Positions 60,090 through 64,000 of a stretch of DNA of 64,000 nt are shown in pieces (within the stretch, counting starts at the first letter, position 1; the number at the start of each line of letters is the position of its first letter). Below the pieces are notes generated by a model. The model worked only from the letters and a program-made list of their open reading frames with translations, ran no database searches and was not told the DNA's origin. The DNA is from an uncultured Desulfobacter sp. (GTDB lineage Bacteria; Desulfobacterota; Desulfobacteria; Desulfobacterales; Desulfobacteraceae). Location of the stretch: positions 6,496,001-6,560,000 of the forward strand of contig OY762069.1 in the NCBI GenBank assembly GCA_963665095.1, written 5' to 3'. A program made the translations under genes and the position numbers.

Positions 60090-61036
60090 GCGGATGCGCC
60101 CTCCCGTGTCAGTTCCTGGAAAATCTGTTCAAGGGCCTGGGACTGTCTTGACAGTTCTGTGATGATCCAGTCGGTTTGTTTGATGGACAGATAAAGATCC
60201 CGGCGAATGTCTCTGTCTTCGCTGCAGCAGATGTCAAAGCTGATACCTTCGTTTTCCGGGGTGTCCGCCACTGTGATGCTCAGATCATTGTCCAAAGCAC
60301 CAAGGCGGGCCAGGGCTGCCGGCGTGTCTGCGTTCATCAGGGTCAGCCGGACCACGGATTTGTGGCGGGCATGGGCTTTGAGATGGTCTGTGCTGTCGTC
60401 CGCCACTTTTTTGCCCTTGTTGATAATGGCGATGCGGTCACAGGTGGCTTCAGCCTCGGAAAGAATATGGGTGGAAAAGATAATGGTCTTTTCTTTACCA
60501 ATACTTTTGATAATATCCCGGATTTCTGCAATCTGGTTGGGATCCAGGCCCGAGGTGGGTTCGTCCAGGATCAGGATGTCCGGATCGGAGATCATGGCAT
60601 GGGCAAGGCCCACCCGCTGGCGAAGCCCCTTGGAGAGGTTGCCGATGGGCTTGGCCATGATGCCGGTCAGACCGCACAGCCTGGCAAGTTCCCTGAACCG
60701 GGTCTGTCTGGCATCCGGGTCATTGATCCCCTTGAGCCTGGCCACATAGTCCAGATAATCAAAGACCAGCATATTGTGGTACAAGGGGGCTGACTCCGGC
60801 AGATATCCCATCATGGATTTTATTTTCAGGGTGTCCCTGGGCATTTCAAGGTCATTGACCTTAATGGTGCCGGATGTGGGGGCAAAAAAGCCTGTGAGCA
60901 TTCGCAGGGTAGTTGTTTTTCCTGCGCCGTTGGGGCCGAGAAGGCCAAGTATCTGGCCGGGTTCAATGGTGAGGCTGATGCCGTCAACCGCACAAAAGTC
61001 ACCGTAATACTTGGTCAGGTTCTGAACATCAATCAA
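60086..61036 (-). CDS. GldA-like ABC ATP-binding protein
   Basis: GPNGAGKTT, LSKGLRQRVGLA, LDEPTSGLDP, STH. Confidence 0.93.
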   Translation of the reverse strand: MIDVQNLTKYYGDFCAVDGISLTIEPGQILGLLGPNGAGKTTTLRMLTGFFAPTSGTIKVNDLEMPRDTLKIKSMMGYLPESAPLYHNMLVFDYLDYVARLKGINDPDARQTRFRELARLCGLTGIMAKPIGNLSKGLRQRVGLAHAMISDPDILILDEPTSGLDPNQIAEIRDIIKSIGKEKTIIFSTHILSEAEATCDRIAIINKGKKVADDSTDHLKAHARHKSVVRLTLMNADTPAALARLGALDNDLSITVADTPENEGISFDICCSEDRDIRRDLYLSIKQTDWIITELSRQSQALEQIFQELTREGASA

Positions 61037-61045
61037 TGTCTTCTC

Positions 61046-61621
61046 CTAAAAGTCTTCAAGTACTTTGCTTTTATCAAGGAACGCATCCACGTCCCCTGCA
61101 GTTTTTTTCATTGTTTCCAACAGTTTTTCAAGATGCCGGCAAAAAGGATCGTCCGCTCCCAGTGTTTGAACCGATGTGCGGTACAGCGACAGAATGCTGC
61201 CGAACCGCTTCTTCATTTCAATGGCCAGCTTTTTGCGTTCTTCATGCCTGATTTTTTCGGACTGGATAACGGATTCCAGTTTTTTGATAGAGTACTCAAC
61301 CAGCGCATCCCGGGGCATGTTATAGGTTTCCGAGATGGCCGTCAATGCCTCAATGGTCCTGCGGCTCAGAACAAAGGTTTTCTGTTTTCTGGGCAGCTGC
61401 TTGAACTGGCGTATCCGGATGGACTGGGCCAGCTGGTCCAGGGCGGAATGGTCCTCAATAATGTGGTCAAACAAAGATTTCTGTTTGATCCCCATGTGGA
61501 CCGCCACAAGGCCGATGGCATCAATGGCCTTCTGGGAGAGTTTAAATGTTGCTCTGACCGATTGCTTCCCCCTTAGATCGAACATGGAAAGCCCGTCAAG
61601 GGGATCATTGGGTTCCGACAT
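61046..61621 (-). CDS. Hypothetical protein, possibly a tandem ribbon-helix-helix regulator
   Basis: Internal repeat VRATFKLSQKAIDAI / KQKTFVLSRRTIEAL; first gene of the ABC operon. Confidence 0.65.
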   Translation of the reverse strand: MSEPNDPLDGLSMFDLRGKQSVRATFKLSQKAIDAIGLVAVHMGIKQKSLFDHIIEDHSALDQLAQSIRIRQFKQLPRKQKTFVLSRRTIEALTAISETYNMPRDALVEYSIKKLESVIQSEKIRHEERKKLAIEMKKRFGSILSLYRTSVQTLGADDPFCRHLEKLLETMKKTAGDVDAFLDKSKVLEDF

Positions 61622-61782
61622 GCTTTCTGCCTTTCAGATCGCGGTATTATTGCTGTGCTGCGATCCGGAAAAGTAATGTATATTTATTGTGACCGGGTAT
61701 GTTAGCCCAAATATTTGGGGGGATCAATATTAAATAAAAGGATGATCAAAATGTAATTTAGTGTCTGATGATGCATATGATT

Positions 61783-62073
61783 TCAGGGGATTGACAGCTC
61801 CTAACGTTGCCCTGTTACAATCGTTCCCCACTGAGCGTCCTGAAGTTCTTCCACTAATTCGAAACCGGATTTTTTATAAAGGTGTCTTGCCGCCTCCAAC
61901 CCCTTAAATGTCCACAGGTACACTCTTTCAAAGGCCATTTCATTACAAAAATCAATAGCACAGCTCATCAGGTTGTTACCGGCTCCGCCGCCTATGGCTT
62001 TGTCAGAAACAATAAACCAGCGAAGATGGGCTGTGTTTAATTCTTCTGAAGAACCGTCAATGGCGATTGACCC
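61783..62073 (-). pseudogene. C-terminal remnant of a GNAT acetyltransferase
   Basis: My translation: GSIAIDG...AHLRWFIV...GGGAGNNLM...VYLWTFKGLEAARHLYKKSGF...WG. In-frame TAA immediately upstream, no start for the N-terminal half, and a TAG near the 3' end. Confidence 0.75.
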
Positions 62074-62247
62074 TTATTGCCAATTTGTTTGATCTGTCAT
62101 ACCCCTAATCCGGCATGATATTAGGGTGTCTGATCAGCTTTGTTCGGACAAAAACTGAGACACTTCACAGGTGGCAACAAAGGACCGATAATCGTAATTA
62201 TTTATAAAACCGTTTCAAACGGATGTGGGGTCGTGACCCGCAATAAC

Positions 62248-63546
62248 CTAATAGCGTGTTGGTTCGGACGGGAGTCGGAGAGTTATAAAATCTCGAAACT
62301 CTCCAGAGATCCGGTCATCTTCTGATAAGTTGGTCCAAAAGACTCGCCCCATGTCAGAAACCTCTTCAGAAAAATTTTCCACCGATTGAGTCACTTCAAA
62401 CGGTAGAACCTCACCATTTTTCGGAGCGAACTGCATAGAACACATATCATAGACAGGCAACAGGGAAAAATTTTCGTTTCCCATGGAAAAACTTAAATTT
62501 CCTAGGTGCATGTCGCTGTTATGAATAACTTCTCCGAATTGCTGTAACATCTTAACATTGTTTAATGCCTGTTCATCAGCAAGGCCCAAACGGAATAATT
62601 CAGCGACGACGCTTGTCCAATTGTTGCCATATCCGACAAACTCGCGGTCTAAAACTTCCAATGAGAACATAGAACTGCGGCCGAATTCTCCAACTCTGTC
62701 AAAACGTTCGAATTCAAGAAACAAACGTCCTTCCAAATCATAAATATTCGGCACAACCGCAGGGTACCCATGCTCAACTAAAACCCGTGATGCATGATAC
62801 TCTGTATACAGGATATCACGCCATCGAACTGCAACTTCATTCTCTCCCTTAGGCGAGAATTTAACGATAACATGGGCATTAAGGTCTTTGTTGAAGGCCG
62901 TAAATTTAGCTTGTTCTCCACCGGCAGATGATCCCGGGGGATTTCCTTTTAACACAGACAACGCAAGATCCGGGTAATCGGATTTTGAGACGGGAAAGGC
63001 CTTTTGATGAATTCGCATCAAACTGGGCTCCCCGAAAACTAAGTTCCCGGGTAAATCATCTCCTTTGGAAATTAAATATCTACCTATATGATCGGTATTC
63101 CACGCTTTTGGATTGGCAGGAAAGTCTTTAAGCTGTTCTGCTATCTTTTTGGCTATTTGCCTCCCGATAAACCCTTGAGGCCTCATATCGTATAGGAAAT
63201 ATGGAAGATCTTCAAATAACCCGGTGCCATCATATCCAAACAAAACAGGGGGAAAGTCATCTGTTTCAGGCTCTATGAAAAAACCCTCACAATTTAATGG
63301 GCGAACATCTGCAATTTTAGAACATGCTCCGGCAGAATCTGTAATTCCCAAAGGGATTCGATCTCCCATACCAAAGGCATTGCAGGTCGCAGCGTATCGA
63401 ACTGTCCGGCCATCTCGAACCTGTACTATTGTATCCCCGGCTTCTTTAATCTGCCTGGATACAGTGCTTTGACTTTGCCCCGTTGCGGCCTGAATTTCTT
63501 TTGATGTTGAAGGACCACGTCTCAAATAATCAACAATCGATAACAT
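62248..63546 (-). CDS. HipA-family kinase of the YjjJ type (N-terminal HTH)
   Basis: SQSTVSR HTH, DMRPQGFIGR, GSSAGGEQAKF, IVKFS, RFDR, NSDMHLGNLS, PVYDM; visibly lower GC than the core genes. Confidence 0.88.
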   Translation of the reverse strand: MLSIVDYLRRGPSTSKEIQAATGQSQSTVSRQIKEAGDTIVQVRDGRTVRYAATCNAFGMGDRIPLGITDSAGACSKIADVRPLNCEGFFIEPETDDFPPVLFGYDGTGLFEDLPYFLYDMRPQGFIGRQIAKKIAEQLKDFPANPKAWNTDHIGRYLISKGDDLPGNLVFGEPSLMRIHQKAFPVSKSDYPDLALSVLKGNPPGSSAGGEQAKFTAFNKDLNAHVIVKFSPKGENEVAVRWRDILYTEYHASRVLVEHGYPAVVPNIYDLEGRLFLEFERFDRVGEFGRSSMFSLEVLDREFVGYGNNWTSVVAELFRLGLADEQALNNVKMLQQFGEVIHNSDMHLGNLSFSMGNENFSLLPVYDMCSMQFAPKNGEVLPFEVTQSVENFSEEVSDMGRVFWTNLSEDDRISGEFRDFITLRLPSEPTRY

Positions 63547-63660
63547 AACGCACCTTATTGGTGTAAATAACGACTTATTTAATGAATAATATTATATTAT
63601 TAAATTCCGATTAATTTTAAATATATTATGTCACTAAATAACATGTATGAAAATAAAATT

Positions 63661-63800
63661 ATGAATTACTACGGTCACTACTATAAGTCAGCTTTATATC
63701 CGACCCTGAGATGCCTGGACCGTCGCCTTGTAATGTGCGGCAACGCACGCAAAAAGTACTGGCACATGAGCAAAATGAAGTGGGTGGCCATTGCCATGCC
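63661..63800 (+). mobile_element. Group II intron maturase (domain X) fragments
   Basis: MNYYGHYYKSALYPTLRCLDRRLVM resembles the (GW)xNYY...LDRRL domain X motif, joined to NARKKYWHMS. No RT domain or intron RNA domain V is visible. Confidence 0.55.
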
Positions 63801-63856
63801 TATAGAATGTAATACCAATATAGTATTATTTTGAATCCGTGCAACGATTTTTTTGA

Positions 63857-63985
63857 AGTGAACGGGGAGTTGAGGGGCCAGGCTTTTTAAACCCGAGAAG
63901 CTCCAATAAAAGTTTAAATTTTCCTGAACCAGGGACTCCCGAAAAGCCGCTATCCCCCGGGTCGGCCTGCAGCGGATTGTTTTTG
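63857..63985 (-). mobile_element. Degenerate integron attC-like site
   Basis: Minus strand AAC-AATCC-GCTGCAGG-CCGACC...GGCC-CCTCAAC-TCCCC-GTT, 129 bp, with an internal GGCTTTT/AAAAGCC inverted repeat. Confidence 0.4.
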
Positions 63986-64000
63986 TCATTCATAATGTGT

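Noticed and set aside
61791..61821. TTGACA...TGnTACAAT plus-strand promoter suggesting an ncRNA
   Set aside because: The spacer is 19 bp, and the downstream sequence is explained as the antisense of the GNAT remnant.
62140..62290. IS-end-like AAAACTGAGACACT, small palindromes (CCGTTTCAAACGG, GGGTCGTGACCC) and a possible second attC at the end of the YjjJ-like gene
   Set aside because: Single copies, no transposase, no partner repeat, and poor L/R box pairing; too degenerate to call.
63681..63989. 102-aa minus-strand ORF at the right end
   Set aside because: Runs across the attC-like palindrome and antisense to the maturase scraps; no protein-like features.

Overview
Chromosomal window from a sulfate-reducing deltaproteobacterium, probably Desulfobacteraceae (Desulfobacter/Desulfobacula-like). 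This is inferred from the dapA-TPR-dsrABDN arrangement and the protein sequences. Left to right: a 5'-truncated EndoQ(PHP/Zn-finger)-UvrD fusion, a lytic transglycosylase, galU, a YkgJ-type Cys-cluster protein, dapA, a TPR protein and dsrABDN. Next is an uncharacterised minus-strand operon behind a consensus sigma-54 promoter. It encodes an unannotated 53-aa charged peptide, a divergent AdoMet-decarboxylase-like proenzyme, a long GNAT, an ATP-grasp ligase, a fold-III PLP decarboxylase and probably a YkgJ Fe-S protein. A pseudo-receiver sigma-54 activator and a C39-like peptidase are transcribed divergently from it. This locus is the best candidate for a new system. It is followed by a glycerol/dihydroxyacetone block (dhaMLK, glpF, glpK, glpR, glpCBA), a RhuM pseudogene, and the dcw cluster (mraZ to ftsZ, with a murE-murF fusion, no ddl, and a trailing radical SAM gene). 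After that come a hybrid kinase and a Gld-like ABC operon with plsC. The right end is a decayed accessory patch with a GNAT remnant, a YjjJ/HipA-like kinase, group II intron maturase scraps and an attC-like site. All calls rest on motif reading alone; no database searches were run.
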